A stretch of DNA of 64,000 nucleotides from the NCBI GenBank assembly GCA_951406725.2, contig OX597821.1:62682001-62746000 (forward strand), given 5' to 3'. The stretch comes from Octopus vulgaris (Eukaryota). Positions within the stretch are counted from its first letter, which is position 1, and each line of letters opens with the position of its first letter. Positions 41,101 to 55,212 of the stretch are shown here, piece after piece. The notes under the pieces are model-generated. The model ran no database searches. It was given only the letters and a program-made list of their open reading frames with translations, and was not told the DNA's origin. Both the position numbers and the translations under genes were made by a program.

Positions 41101-41135
<35 letters not shown>

Positions 41136-41151
41136 GTGTGTGTGTGTGTAT

Positions 41152-41410
41152 AGATTTCCACTATTCAGGTTTCTGCAGAATAGTCTTAATGGTAAATGTG
41201 TCAATTCCTTGAATGACGTAAAAAGATACCATGATGAATTCTTTGCCGTGAAACCACCTCAATTCTGGGAAGAGGGTATTTTCAAGTTAAAGGATAGATG
41301 GAGGCGCATTGTGCAACAAAATAGTTCATATTTGGTTGATTAAAAATGTAATGGCAAGTATTTATTGACCTTTTCCTGTAAACGCGGCACGAACTTTCCG
41401 GACAACCCAG
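41152..41410 (+). mobile_element. mariner 3' fragment with right terminal inverted repeat
   Basis: LFRFLQNSLNGK..NSLNDVKRY.DEFFA.KPPQFWEEGIFKL.DRWRRIVQQN..YL.D* is a mariner transposase C-terminus. It ends CGAACTTTCCGGACAACCCAG followed by TA. Confidence 0.88.
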
Positions 41411-44400
41411 TATAAAAATGCTTTTGCAACATATTTCACTCAGATTCCAGAGACACCCGAATAACAGCATCTGCCTCAGATATTTATGCTGTCTCATTTT
41501 TCTGTACACTTTCCTAATACAATATTTCTATTTAAAGTTGTGTTGATTTCATAGTTTTGAGTTTCGTGGCAGATATGTTGTAACTATGATTATTTGATAC
41601 GAGATTATTGTCTAGACAGAATTGTCGCTTGAATTAAAGAATTTTCTGTTTTAGATTTTCATTGATATCTGCCAAGAATGGTTTTAAAGCAAACATTGCA
41701 GGAGTGCCACAGATAAACAGACATAAACAGTTCTACCGTATTTACTTCAATATCAACTTTGTCCTAAAAACATACATTTATATTTCCCTTGGGCGGATAT
41801 ATACTCAGATAAACAGAATACGCACACATACGACGAAATACATGTATATGCGTGCCGTCATTTGTGCTGAGTTTATACACATTTTTAAGTGTACGATATA
41901 ATTATAACCTTAATACGTTTTCATTAAACGTGTAAAAAATTAGGTGTTGATATGCTTTAAGCAAACTTCAATCTTGGTCGTAATAATTTCATATTATTAC
42001 CATGTGGTTGCACTTTCTCACTGAATAAGTAGATCTAATTATTCTATCGAACGACCAGATGATAGCACTACAACCACGAACTTTGGCGTTTATTCAGCGT
42101 TTTACAACGATTTTATTCCCGCTTGATAAAATGTGATTTGAAGTTCAGTGACGTTTAGATATGTAGAAAGAACGCATAACACTACATATTTTTTAAAAAA
42201 GAACATTTAAAATACATTTAACGTTTCAGTTTTATATTCTAATATATTTTCGCTTACTAGATAACATCAAAACTTTACATTTCAATAAATGTCAAATTAT
42301 TTTAATTTATAGACGCATAAAATTTCGTTTGTATCGAAGTAAAGTGAATGTTTCAAAGCTACTTACTGGGTTTTCGTACATGTTAACTTCAATATTGAAT
42401 CAGATATAAAATTTAAAGAACTGTAGAAGTTGCTTTTCTATTTTATTTCTCAATAAAATCTAAAATGTATTATCTTTGTGGAAAGAATGCAGGACTACGC
42501 AATTTAGGTTATATTGGAAAGATGCTCTCATAAAAGCCAACATGTCGTGCAGAACTTACTCACAGAATAGGTTCAGACACAGATTCCGATGAAATCCTTC
42601 GAATATAAATCGATTGTCCATCGATTTATATTTTAGATTGGGGGACAAAATAGTTTCCGATAAATATTCCATTTCTCTGCACTCTGACCTTTGACTCGAG
42701 CCTAGATAAACTGTGATTTTAATGCGTCCCTGTTCGATAAATAATACAAAAGTCGAAGGATCTGTTGGGGGTGGTCGAGATGCCTTACGGTTTCTCTTTC
42801 GGTATCTTATGAACTGAGGGCACCAATGAAAACACAGGAAACAAATCATATCCATTCTTGCTTTCCTTTGGATCACATTGGAGATGGGAAAATTTTGAGA
42901 GAGGAAAGATGCTAATATTTCTAAGCAAAAAAAAAACTAAGCAAAAACCATACTTTAATATCTGGATCATTGTAAGAAATTTTCTAGCAGTGTTTGCATA
43001 TTTATGTATACATGTGTCTGCGTGTGTACATTTGTTGCATGTACGTGTTTGTACCATTTTAAACACAGGAGAGTTTAATACATTCTTATTGGTTAACCGC
43101 AGATTGGAATGCTTCTCACAAAGGGAACAAGTAAGGATATAAAATGCCTAGCAGTACATGACGATATAGAAGAAATAAACTAAAATACTACGTTAAGCAA
43201 CAATAGCTTATCTCAAGCTACAAATCATTGTATTTCAAGTAGTATCAAACAGGAAATTGAGTGGGACCCATACGATCATTCTGCAACTGAAACTTGCATG
43301 CTTGAATCATTTTCTATTTTACAAGATTAGGAATCTATTGTTACATGATTTTTAAGAAGATAAAGACATTTAATTTGGTACTAAGGGATCATGCATTATA
43401 TTTCTAATTCGGGGCTTTCCGTGACAATTTGAAGTTTGAACACAAATATATAGAAACAATTTTCGAAAGGTTAAAAGCACACGGCAATAAAATATGTCCG
43501 TTTATGTTTACATCCAACGTATGAACTGAATGTATCTTAACAAATAAAAGTAAGTCCTGTTGACAGTAGAATGGTTTCATTGAATCAATCGTCGTTGGCA
43601 CAGAATATCTGTGTTTTGTATTTCTAATTCAGATGATTATTATAAAGCAATGAAATATGTTCTGATAGTCATTCATGAATTGCTGTTTCTGGAAATGCAA
43701 CTGTTTTGTTCTCGAAGTTATAGGAATGAAGCTTGCATGAATTTACTTAATTAGAAATTTTATATTCCTCACGGATGTTATAATTATTGTGAGATTATTT
43801 TAATTTGTTTTGAGATGAAACTAATTTGTATTTAATAAGGAATAATATTTTGTAACTAATTTCACATGCATGTAGCTAAGGGATATATCTGTAAGCGTTT
43901 ATGTTGTACAAAATGTGTGTGTTTGTGGCACGAGTCGCAGCACACAAAGCAAAATGATATAGAAAAATATTTCTATTATTCCACTTCTAATACCAAAAAG
44001 TTAAATATAATTAAATTAAATGAAGATTTAGGTATACATATAACACGACAAATAACACACATATGACAACTGTGTTCTTTAAAACATTTCCACAAACCCC
44101 ACTACGTGCCTATAGCATGTCACTTAAGAATTACTGTTGTAAACGCAACAGCACAAGAAATCGAATAGGATAAAAAAAGAAATGTTACCAGATAAGGGTC
44201 GTTCATTAAAAAACACAAAACAGTTACAGCGCTTACTTTGAAAAATAAAGTTACCATTTGCACGACATTTTTTTAGTAATCTCATCGCAGAATAGGCATG
44301 AGTCATTCCACAAATATAACCTAGCATAAAACTATATTACAAAACACACAAATTGTGATCTTCCATTCTGGTGAACAAACTGCATGCGTGCAAACCACCC

Positions 44401-45126
44401 AGACAAATTTCAGATGAGAGATATTTAATTTACAAATTTAGTTATAAAAATGAATGTTGTAAAATCACAAAGAAGCTCTAGCATCGTTTTAGACATATAT
44501 ACCCCTCATAAGTCATATAGCTTCTCATAAGTCATCCATCAGCTATAATATAACATTTACCACCAGACATAAAACTAGAAATAAAAATATTAGCTTATAA
44601 CGCTAATATATTTTATAGGGTACGCCACCAAAGTAGAAGATTAGTTGTAGAAGCCAAATTAATAGCGAGGTAAAACTTAGCAGCAAATTAACATCATACG
44701 CCATGGCCAAACTATTTTCTGATTATTGATGGAAACCTGACGTAAATGTCAGAAAAATTAATGTCTGCTAATAATGAATGAGCAACAAACACAAATGTTT
44801 CCAATGATCTTCGACCGCAATAAAAAAAATAGCAAAAAGAACAGCCATTAAAATCATTTGAACCAGGAGATATAATTAAGAAGGAATTATATCTGTGTGT
44901 TTAAGAATTCTGGAATCTTATATTAGAAACAAAACTAGGAGGAATCAGATATAAATATGAAAAAAAAACACCAATAAAATATTGAAAATACAGCATATTA
45001 TTGTTTTAAGTTCTGTGTGCTTAAACTAAATTTCCCTTCTCTAAAAAACACATTCACGTATACGCACTTGCACCCACTAATAGTAGTAGTATACACTCAT
45101 ACGCACACACACACACATATATATAT

Positions 45127-45260
<134 letters not shown>

Positions 45261-46892
45261 GTGGGTATGTACGTTAAATATTTTATATCTGCTATACACT
45301 TGTACGGATATTTAGTAGTATAAATATTTAGTAGTATAATGTCTCATTACATTTTGTTTTCTCGAATATTGAACACAGCATAAACAAATTATAGTTGAAA
45401 GCAGCAAGTTACTTATGCGGGAAGTATTATGGTCCCTTATCTCAGTGCTAATACCATTTTTTCATGTCTTGTAATAACTACAAGCGAAAAAGAAACGGTA
45501 AGATAACTACTCAAAAGAGAAAACATAATATTTTGGCACCTGGATATAACTGAATATTTATTTAAATATTCATTTACAATATGCATAAAGTAAAGGATGC
45601 TTTATAGTAGAGTATTTGTAGATAGAATTATATCAATGTACACATAATAATAGCAAATATTATATGCATTACAAGGTGTTAAAAGAATACGTAAAACAGC
45701 AATATATGGGAAATTTTTATGTCAAAGGCATTTATTCTTTTTTAGATCAAAGAAATTTACTATCATAATCATGTCCAATATAACCCCAAGATTAGTTTTA
45801 ATGGTTGGTACCTCATTGTTTGATGTGATACTAGTAAAATAAGTATAATATATATGTCATTCGGAGAAACATTTACACTATGCGCTGTGTGTAAAGAAAC
45901 ACCTATTATAATGGCATCTAATATAATGTGAATGACAGGTGTAGTTACACAACATATATTGGCCTTGTTGGCCAAATAATGCTCCATTGCTTCATAAAAA
46001 GATATATATAGCTCGCAGCTATTGTTAATATTGTTTTACGTTCTCTGTTTGCGGTAGTGAATTTTCTAACGTTTGGTCTCTTGTCAATATTTTTATTTCG
46101 TATTTGTATATTATTCAACTGTTGCCGTAATGGTCTCAGTATATTTCACTTTGGTAAAAAGAATATTAAGCTTATAGTCCATGCATGTGTAGAATTAACT
46201 CGTTTAAGCCACCAAAACTACAACATCCTTGATGAGAATAAATTAAATTATAATAAATTGTGTTACATTATTATATAACCGATTTTGTAAACGAAGGAAT
46301 TGTCTTATTTAGTACTGAGACAGAAAGTATTATAAGTATCAAAATTCAATGTTTTATATACTTACCTTCATTTCAGTTCTCAATTATCAGGCAAAACTTC
46401 GGTAATAGTTTATAGATTTGATCATAGTGGCTATATTTCTTTTACCTAATTTTCGTTTAGTGCCCGTCTATAATGTTGAACGGGTCGAGAGACTATTGAA
46501 CTTATAACTAATAAAAAAACAAAAAATGCGCCATGTAACGTCACCTCTACATCCATGCTTCAGAGTAATCTGAGAACAGACTAAACATTAAGAGCTAAAT
46601 AAATTAGCTGATATATATATATCGCTGCTTAAACCAATCATTGATACTGGATACTGTCCACAAAATATTTACAGTCACTCTTCGGTGTTCATTTTCTTAT
46701 CTTAGTTTGCAGATTTCTAAAGTATGGAAAATTTGTTGTTTCAGATAAATATATTTAACAATCTCATAATATACTGAAAGCATCTTCTGTCGAAGCAAAA
46801 TAAAATACAAAAGCGTTCTCCTTGGAATATTAGGGCATAAATATGAAGATTAAACATTATCCGTTATAAAAAAAATGTTTCCTTACAAAAAT

Positions 46893-47092
46893 ATATTATT
46901 TTGACACAAAGCCAGCACTTTCAAGGGGAGGGAAAAACAATTATATCGAACCCCAGTGCTCAGCTGGTACTATTTCGTCAAACCCGAATGGATGAAAAGT
47001 AAAGTTGACCCTGGTGACATTTGAACTCAGAGTAAAGATGGACGAGCTAATGCAAACTATTTTTTCGGACGTGCTAACGATTCTGACAGCTT
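46893..47092 (-). mobile_element. SINE family A
   Basis: Reverse complement GCTGTCAGAATCGTTAGCACG..CTGAGTTCAAATG..CTTTTCATCCATTCGGG..GTACCAGCTGAGCACTGGGGTTCGAT. Confidence 0.8.
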
Positions 47093-48769
47093 ATCGACTA
47101 CGTAAACTACCGATCTGTCAGAAAATATTTTGAATATAAGATCAATTCTATAGAAAATACAGACATGGCAAAGATTTTGACTGTTTCTTTTCATTTCCTT
47201 ATCTAATATGTACAAACATGTATGTGCGTGGGCCTTTGTGCGTATGTGTACGAGTGCATGAACATAGATATGCTCTATTGAAATTACATCGAACGATATC
47301 TAACTGATATATGTAAAACCTGTTTACTCCCCAGAAAAAAAAATTATATAGAACCTACAATGCTCATCTATATTCGATAGTTCAGTTTCTCATAAATAAT
47401 ATATATTATTTATTTGAATATCTTAGTAATGATTACTGTTTCTTTTATTTACAAACACACATCGTAAATAAATAGAATATCCTCCTCAAAACACAATGCT
47501 TATTATGAAAGTTCTTCTATTATTTCCTATGAGAAGTTTTAAAATTAAAAATAAAATTAATTCAGTTTTGTCAATATGCATACCAAATGACAAGCTAATA
47601 GAAGAAAATGAAACCTAAAGAAAAAGAAAATAATAAAGATTATACGTTCTTTGTTTACTGAAATTGATTATATTAGACCGTTGACCTATTGGACTATGAT
47701 TACAGGAATGCCGTTAGATGAAAATAATGATTAAAAAAGAAAACAAGATTACTTTTTTCTTTCAATATTTACATTTATCTCGTCCATTATTACTCTCACA
47801 TCAGGGCTCTAAACAATATAATTACACAGAAAAAGATATTAAACAAAAGCTAAAAATTAATGTATAAAAATACTTGAAAATATTTTTCAAATAAAAAGAA
47901 AAATCTATTTAGTCTATTTATGAAATCGTTTCTCTTTGAAAATCAATATTAGAGAGTGTGTTGTTCGTTTTTATTGGTTCTTTTTCTTTTGTGTATTGAG
48001 GAGATTATTTTGGATTTGAATGCCTTATTTTACTTACATAATAGTCAACAGTAGTTTATTGTACTCAACCCCTAGTGTATATTAGACATATTCGGCTAAT
48101 AATCCACACTCTATCAGCTATGCACAGATTTGACTGTGTTGTCTGTGGCTAATTTAATTATATATACTTCAATCATCTTTATCTTCCTTCAAGATATTCA
48201 TATGCAATATTCTATTTCTCTCTTAGCTTACAATTTCTGAACTAGCAATCCTTAAATTTGTTCGTTTTTTTCCTGCATCTCAAATTACGACTACTCTGCA
48301 TCAGTCAACAAGTTAGCATCTACATCATCGTTTGAGATGCTAACTAAAAAGGCAGATACGATAGACTGGAGATAATAGCATAATATAGCATCAATAAATT
48401 TCCCGGAAAAACACCTAGTGTTCTCGACTTGAATGCCGCCTGATAATAAATCATTTCGATAGATTGGAATCACCCAGCGTTTAACAATAGCATTAAACAC
48501 TACTATTCCACTTCCACTTCGTACTGAACTTTTTTCCCGCAGAACCATTTCACCAAATGTTCTCAACACTTATCTGAAAGACGGCATAGCTATGATAACC
48601 GAAAACTAGAAATTTAAACATAGCACCTATTGTACAGAGTCCCATCAATTAGGATGGCCTATAAAGTGTTGGAATAAATAATTGGGCATCTAAATATATC
48701 TAGACCAACCTAGAAAATAACCTAGGAAGTTTCTGGAACCAATCTGAAGTATTCATATCATTCAACCAG

Positions 48770-49215
48770 CAATCCGGTAAGTTGATGTACAGTATCTTAG
48801 CTTATTATTGATACAATTATCTGCAATTTTCTAAATATTCTCAACCACCATCACATCGGGAATGTTTACTGAGGATTAATACATTCTTGTCTATATGGCA
48901 ACAGCAACTGCGACAATCTCTCCAAATCAAATGTTTACCATAGATAAAGAAATGAAATACTACCCTCATTACATTTTAATGTTTATACTGATTTACTGCA
49001 TGAGTGAATTTTATAATCATGTCCAGGGTGGTACGTTGTCAGATCAAATTGGAAAATCTTTATGGTTCGAAAACTCAAGCCCATAAATTAAATATTGGGG
49101 AATGTTGAGAGGAGATTCGGTGAGATGAGTTAATATGTAAACAATGTTTGGATAACATTACAAGTAATTGAAACTTTCATGATAAAACTGAAAAAATATT
49201 TTCAGACTTTGGAAG
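48770..49215 (+). mobile_element. Highly degraded CR1-group LINE fragments
   Basis: Scattered motifs VDVQYL (cf. VDVIYLDF), LLRINTFL (cf. LL.WI..FL), LRGD (cf. RRLRGDL) and TFMIKLKKY (cf. FK..LDKY) occur in the expected order with large deletions. Confidence 0.4.
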
Positions 49216-50290
49216 ATTTGAGATCTGCGATGTGATCTTAGATTCTAAACCAGCCATGTTTACGAGGTCATAGAATCAAAGGCATTTAGTTTCTAGCCAT
49301 CGTGTCTATTAGTATATCTAAGACAACTTTGGCCATTGAGTTATACCCTTTTAAGCCATAAGGAATTTTGCAGCTACTTATAGCAACCAGTTACTCAGAG
49401 ATTGCTTCATACTAATTCATCCTTGTAGATGATTATAAGGTTTAAGCAGAACAGTTTCCATTGTGTATAGGTATTAGAAATTCTCCCCATATATTCTCAG
49501 TTATAATTGTCAACGAACTTTACATGAATATTCGATTTTGTCTTCCATCTGTGTTTTGGATTATTCTGCCAAGTATTTTAAACATATTCATTAAATATTT
49601 TTGACGTTCACCTCAAATAGTGATAGGTAATCTAAAACTAAACGTTTGAAAATGCTCTTCAATATTTAGAGTTTACACTTGACAGACTCACTAATGTCAA
49701 ATATTTCAGGTAGGACAATTTTGAACTTTGGTTGATGTATTAAATACATCGGACAGATGGTGTGAGTAAAAATCGTGGCAAGTTAATATGACGAAAATCA
49801 GACTCTACAAACGTTACTTGTTTTTATGCGAAAATAAATGAATTCGAAATGAAGCTTAGAAACTCTGGTCAAGAAAAGTCAACTTCAGTGAAATTTCCAT
49901 TTCATCATTAGATATCGCAGAAAATAGCAAATAGAAAAATTGGTAGCTTGCCAATTTATAGTTAATGTAGGCATCGCATGCCAAGTATTTCATCTTTGAA
50001 TCCATTTAGGTTAATATAATGAAATTGATTAGCTGTGACATAAATTCTTAAACACACAACTAATGTACTTCCCAGTATGATACACACTAAACTTAATACA
50101 TATAGCTGATTATGTTAGGCCATCAACAGACTGCAGCAAAATGGTACATACTCACTTCACTCATATCAGTATATGTGTAAGTATACATGCATGCATACAT
50201 ACATGCATATATATATATATATATTTGTGTGTGTATGTGCGCGTGTGTGTGTGTGTGTGTATGTATATATATATGATGTATGTATATAAT

Positions 50291-50344
<54 letters not shown>

Positions 50345-51533
50345 TGTATTTATACATATATTGCATACAAATGCGTATATTTTCCTTCCTCTTGACGCAA
50401 CAAATTACATTTATATGTGTATACTTGTGTCTGTGCCTCTATCTGTGTAAGCGTATGTGTATGTCCGTAAACATATATTTGTGTGTATGTGTATCTGTGT
50501 GCGTGTTTGAGTGTGTATATATGTATATGTGAGCATACTTCTCTTTGTGTGTGTGTGTGCGTGCGTATGTCCATATAATGTGTGTGTAGTTTATATGAAT
50601 TTACAATATATGAGGAAGAAGGTGCCGTAATATTGACCCTCCACACTTGAAAGATTGATACCGTTACTGTTATAAGTGAGCAACCGCAAGTCAACATCAG
50701 AAGGAAGTTCATTAGCAAAGAATGGCTCCGAGAAAGCCGAGGTAGAGAAAATTAATGAATGATCCTAGTGGTCTGAGATAGATAACAGAATGAGCCTATT
50801 TGTCTGAGATTGGATAACATAACTACGATGAGATATGATTGGGGTAGAAATAGCTGAGTTGAGGCCCGTGCCTCTCTGTAGCAGATGTTCGAGTATGATT
50901 TAATAGACATGGTGCTAGTTAGACGGCTGGTCTGTTCCTGTATATGTTATATGTTCAATGAGGTTGTGCATGTGTCGGGGTATAGAACTGTCTAAGAAGG
51001 GAATGTCACCTATGAACTGCATGGTATCAGTAATTTGGATTCTTGAATTATGTTACAAAATGAACTTCATTTCTAGTCGTCATCATTGGATGCTTATGGT
51101 AAAGAGATGCTTTCGCCATGATTGATCCTAGCTGAAATTCGCACAAAATATTTAGGACCATTTTAAGTTTTCTAGTGAACAAACTGAATTAGCAGTCAGA
51201 GGATCGCATCGGCTTTGTTATACCAGCACTGGTTGTGAGTGGGTAACACAAAACTGGCGAACGTTAGGGAAACATGACGGATAGAATCATGGGCATAAAA
51301 TGGTGGTGATGTGAGACAAAGAATCTGAAGGCCAGTAATGAAACTGAATTGTATTTGTTGGTGTGTTGGTGATGGTGCGTTCACCACCAGTACGAGCTGC
51401 CCCAGTTCTTGCATCAAGATCGAAATTACATGAAACTCGAACCGTGAGACAAGCATTCAATAAAATCTTATCCTCTACAACATATATTAAGCACGCCTCT
51501 CTTATCCGTCAGATACGTACATATATGTATGTG

Positions 51534-51593
<60 letters not shown>

Positions 51594-51636
51594 TAAATAT
51601 ATATATGTTTATCTATTTATGTGTGTGTGAGTATCT

Positions 51637-51699
<63 letters not shown>

Positions 51700-52847
51700 T
51701 ATATCCGCTATTAATAATATAATTGATTCTTGTTTCTAATGATGATATATTAATAATAACGAAATGTATCTTCATTATTACAATATATTTTATGTGTAAT
51801 ATTAATAATTATCAATAATTATTATTACAGCATTAATGATTATAACAATCATAACAGCAATTGCAACTGTAATAATAGAAATAGTAATGTTAATAATGAT
51901 AACAATAAACAGAGAATGTATCACTAACATATTAGGAAAAACCACTAAAGACACTAAAAATAGGAAAAACGAACATGTTAATCTAGTTATCATGGTAATA
52001 TCAATATATTGATATTATCAATATTATGATTAATGTATTAGTCTCATTAAGTAATTACTATGGGTTATTTGTTGATAAGTTTGATAATAGTTCCAATTAT
52101 GTCTGTGGTGTAGGCGTATGCAAAAATGAAGTCGATAATTATAACGTGGTTGTTATTGAGATTATGACGGAATTGAAGATGGAAAGGCAGTGGTGGCTTT
52201 TTAGAAATGAATGTTTAAATCAATCTAGGGTTGCATACGACCATGCAGGATATTTCTTAGGAATTTATTCCACATTCTGTTATGCATTTGCATCAGACGT
52301 GTTTATATACGCATTGTTATTTTATGTTTATGCAAAACGTCGGAGTACGGGGTATATAATATTTGTAGTAGTGTTACATATTATAGTGCATGTGTTTGTG
52401 CTCTTATGTTAAAGCATGAATATTATGTTGCTTATATGGAGTGTGAAATATTTGTAGCAGCACTACGACACAATCCTAACCCCGTGGGCCTCGAGATTTA
52501 TTGCGTTTTCTTAAATTATATTTTTTCTAATTTAGGAAAGTGCAATAAATTTTCGAAAATTTTCTGTATTGGCTAAGAGTTTAATAGTTGTTCTTTTTTT
52601 GGTGCAAATATTATATCTTATTCCCTTGTCACTTTATGGAGAAGCTTCAGTCAAGAGTATCATGTAGAGAAATGTGTCATAACGTGGCCGTGTTCTTCAT
52701 AGCTGTGTCTGAAGGTTCAATGATATGTACGCTTGAGTCAAAATGTCGAATATCCGACGTAAACCTCTTTTAAATATTTATTATATTGTACATTTTTTCT
52801 CAGCATTACATATACATAGGTAGACAGACAGACAGATAGATAAACGA

Positions 52848-52892
<45 letters not shown>

Positions 52893-52911
52893 TATATATA
52901 TATATATATAT

Positions 52912-52982
<71 letters not shown>

Positions 52983-53099
52983 TAGAGTCATCTCTACGAC
53001 AGGCTTTGTCGGAGTGCTTTTGTACAAAATAAAATTAAGAAGGTATTAACCAAACACGTGTAAGAATGACAGATATATGTACACGCATATACACACATA

Positions 53100-53130
<31 letters not shown>

Positions 53131-53246
53131 ACATTGACCATGAGTAACAAAACACGTCTATTTTCCTTAATGCGTGATAAAAATTGAAACCAGAATATAT
53201 TTCATAGCTCATATTTATTCTAAATTATACGTATTCAAGCAGGATT

Positions 53247-53306
53247 GAATTCGGAACTGCGCAACGAGAGGGAATTCAGAATTGCGTAGCGAGAGGGAAT
53301 TCGGAA
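53247..53306. repeat. 25-bp tandem repeat, 2.4 copies
   Basis: GAATTCGGAACTGCGCAACGAGAGG / GAATTCAGAATTGCGTAGCGAGAGG / GAATTCGGAA. Confidence 0.85.
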
Positions 53307-53901
53307 TATTAAGCGAATTTTTTTTTTTTATCGCGCGCACATCTTCGCACCTTGATATGGGTGTATTTTTGTTTTTGTTTTGGCAACATTAATCATTTGC
53401 AACCTCATTCTCGTCCTGTTGGTTGATGAAGCTATATTCAACAGGGACCGCCTAGCTATTATTTTATATTTATTGCTTATATTTATTGATTTACAATTTT
53501 TTCCCTTTTCATCATCCGTGTCGATGAAATTAATACACGTAATATGCAGGATTCGATTATTACAGCTACACAGCAGCGATGATACTTCAGACTCATGGTA
53601 TTGTGCTAGCATAAGAAATCATTATTTGTTTTTCTAATGTAATAGATGGTAATTTCTGTGTCAATGTATGTTGTTTCTGTAAAGTATTTTATTTCAAAGC
53701 AAATTAAATGATTTATCTTTCATTATACATTCATATCTATTCGATTATTCTTGATCAATGTTGTCCTGTTTAGGCATTAATTATGTATCGATTAAGCGCA
53801 ATTGCGTGATATAATATGTATGAGCGCATTTTTTAACGTGCTTAGTTTTCTCTTTTGCTTCCACCACTGCTGTCAGTCTTTTTGTACCTCTTTTTCTCCG
53901 T

Positions 53902-53986
<85 letters not shown>

Positions 53987-54099
53987 TTCACCAAAATTTA
54001 GATTCAGATGAATATGGTACTTAAGTCAAAGGCACCAGAATTTGGTATGGCATTATCCATATAAATCAAATGGGGTGGGATATCCTTGTTGCTTATTTG

Positions 54100-54141
<42 letters not shown>

Positions 54142-54327
54142 TGTATGTATGTATATATATATATATATAGGTATATATATGTATATATATGTATGTATAT
54201 ATATATATGTATGTATGTAAATATGTGCGTATGTGTATGTATATATATATATGTGTTTACATATATATACATATACACTTGCAAATAAACAGATACATAT
54301 AGGCATACACATATCAATGTATATGTA

Positions 54328-54390
<63 letters not shown>

Positions 54391-54801
54391 GCATGGGTAA
54401 ACACATGAATACATACACATGCACATGAATAAATGCGTAGATGCGTATTTACATACACATGTGGGAATATCTGACACTTAAAAAATAATGATTACATCGT
54501 TCACCGTCAGCAAGTAGAGAATAATGAGATGCAATGATATATTAATGAAATACGTGATATTATCCATTTGATATTGTAGTAAAATTATAATTCTCAATGC
54601 TTCTACTTCATAAAGTTTTGGGTATATTCATTCATACTAATAATGGGTTAGAAGAAGTTACATAAATGCTAGAATCTGAAGGTAAGCTGCATATTACTCC
54701 TACGAAGTACTTAACATCTAATCTTGCTTACCAGCATACTATGTTTTTTTCTTTCATATACTCTAGTTCTAAGATAACCACTTCTTGTTACGATATATAC
54801 G

Positions 54802-54894
<93 letters not shown>

Positions 54895-55105
54895 AATGGC
54901 ATCGAGCTCTCAGTTAATAACTTCCTAGTAGTATTTCACGGAGAGAAATGGTGGAATTAGTTTCTTCCCAAAACGTTTCTAATCCTTGTAAAATCCATGT
55001 TCCTTTAATCAGCTTTTAAATTATATCGCAGTACATTTAATTTCTCATCATGTTACTCGAATAACTATACTCTTATCTGCGCACTTGCACCATATGTATA
55101 TATCC

Positions 55106-55212
<107 letters not shown>

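Noticed and set aside
45307-45338. 16-bp tandem duplication ATATTTAGTAGTATAA
   Set aside because: Ordinary local slippage duplication with no further structure.
52026-52412. 128-aa ORF with a hydrophobic C-terminus
   Set aside because: It arises from a decayed ATT/GAT-type trinucleotide region, with no splice signals or recognisable domain.
53247-53306. Direct repeats resembling a mini-CRISPR
   Set aside because: The units are contiguous tandem copies with no unique spacers, the context is eukaryotic, and there are no cas genes.
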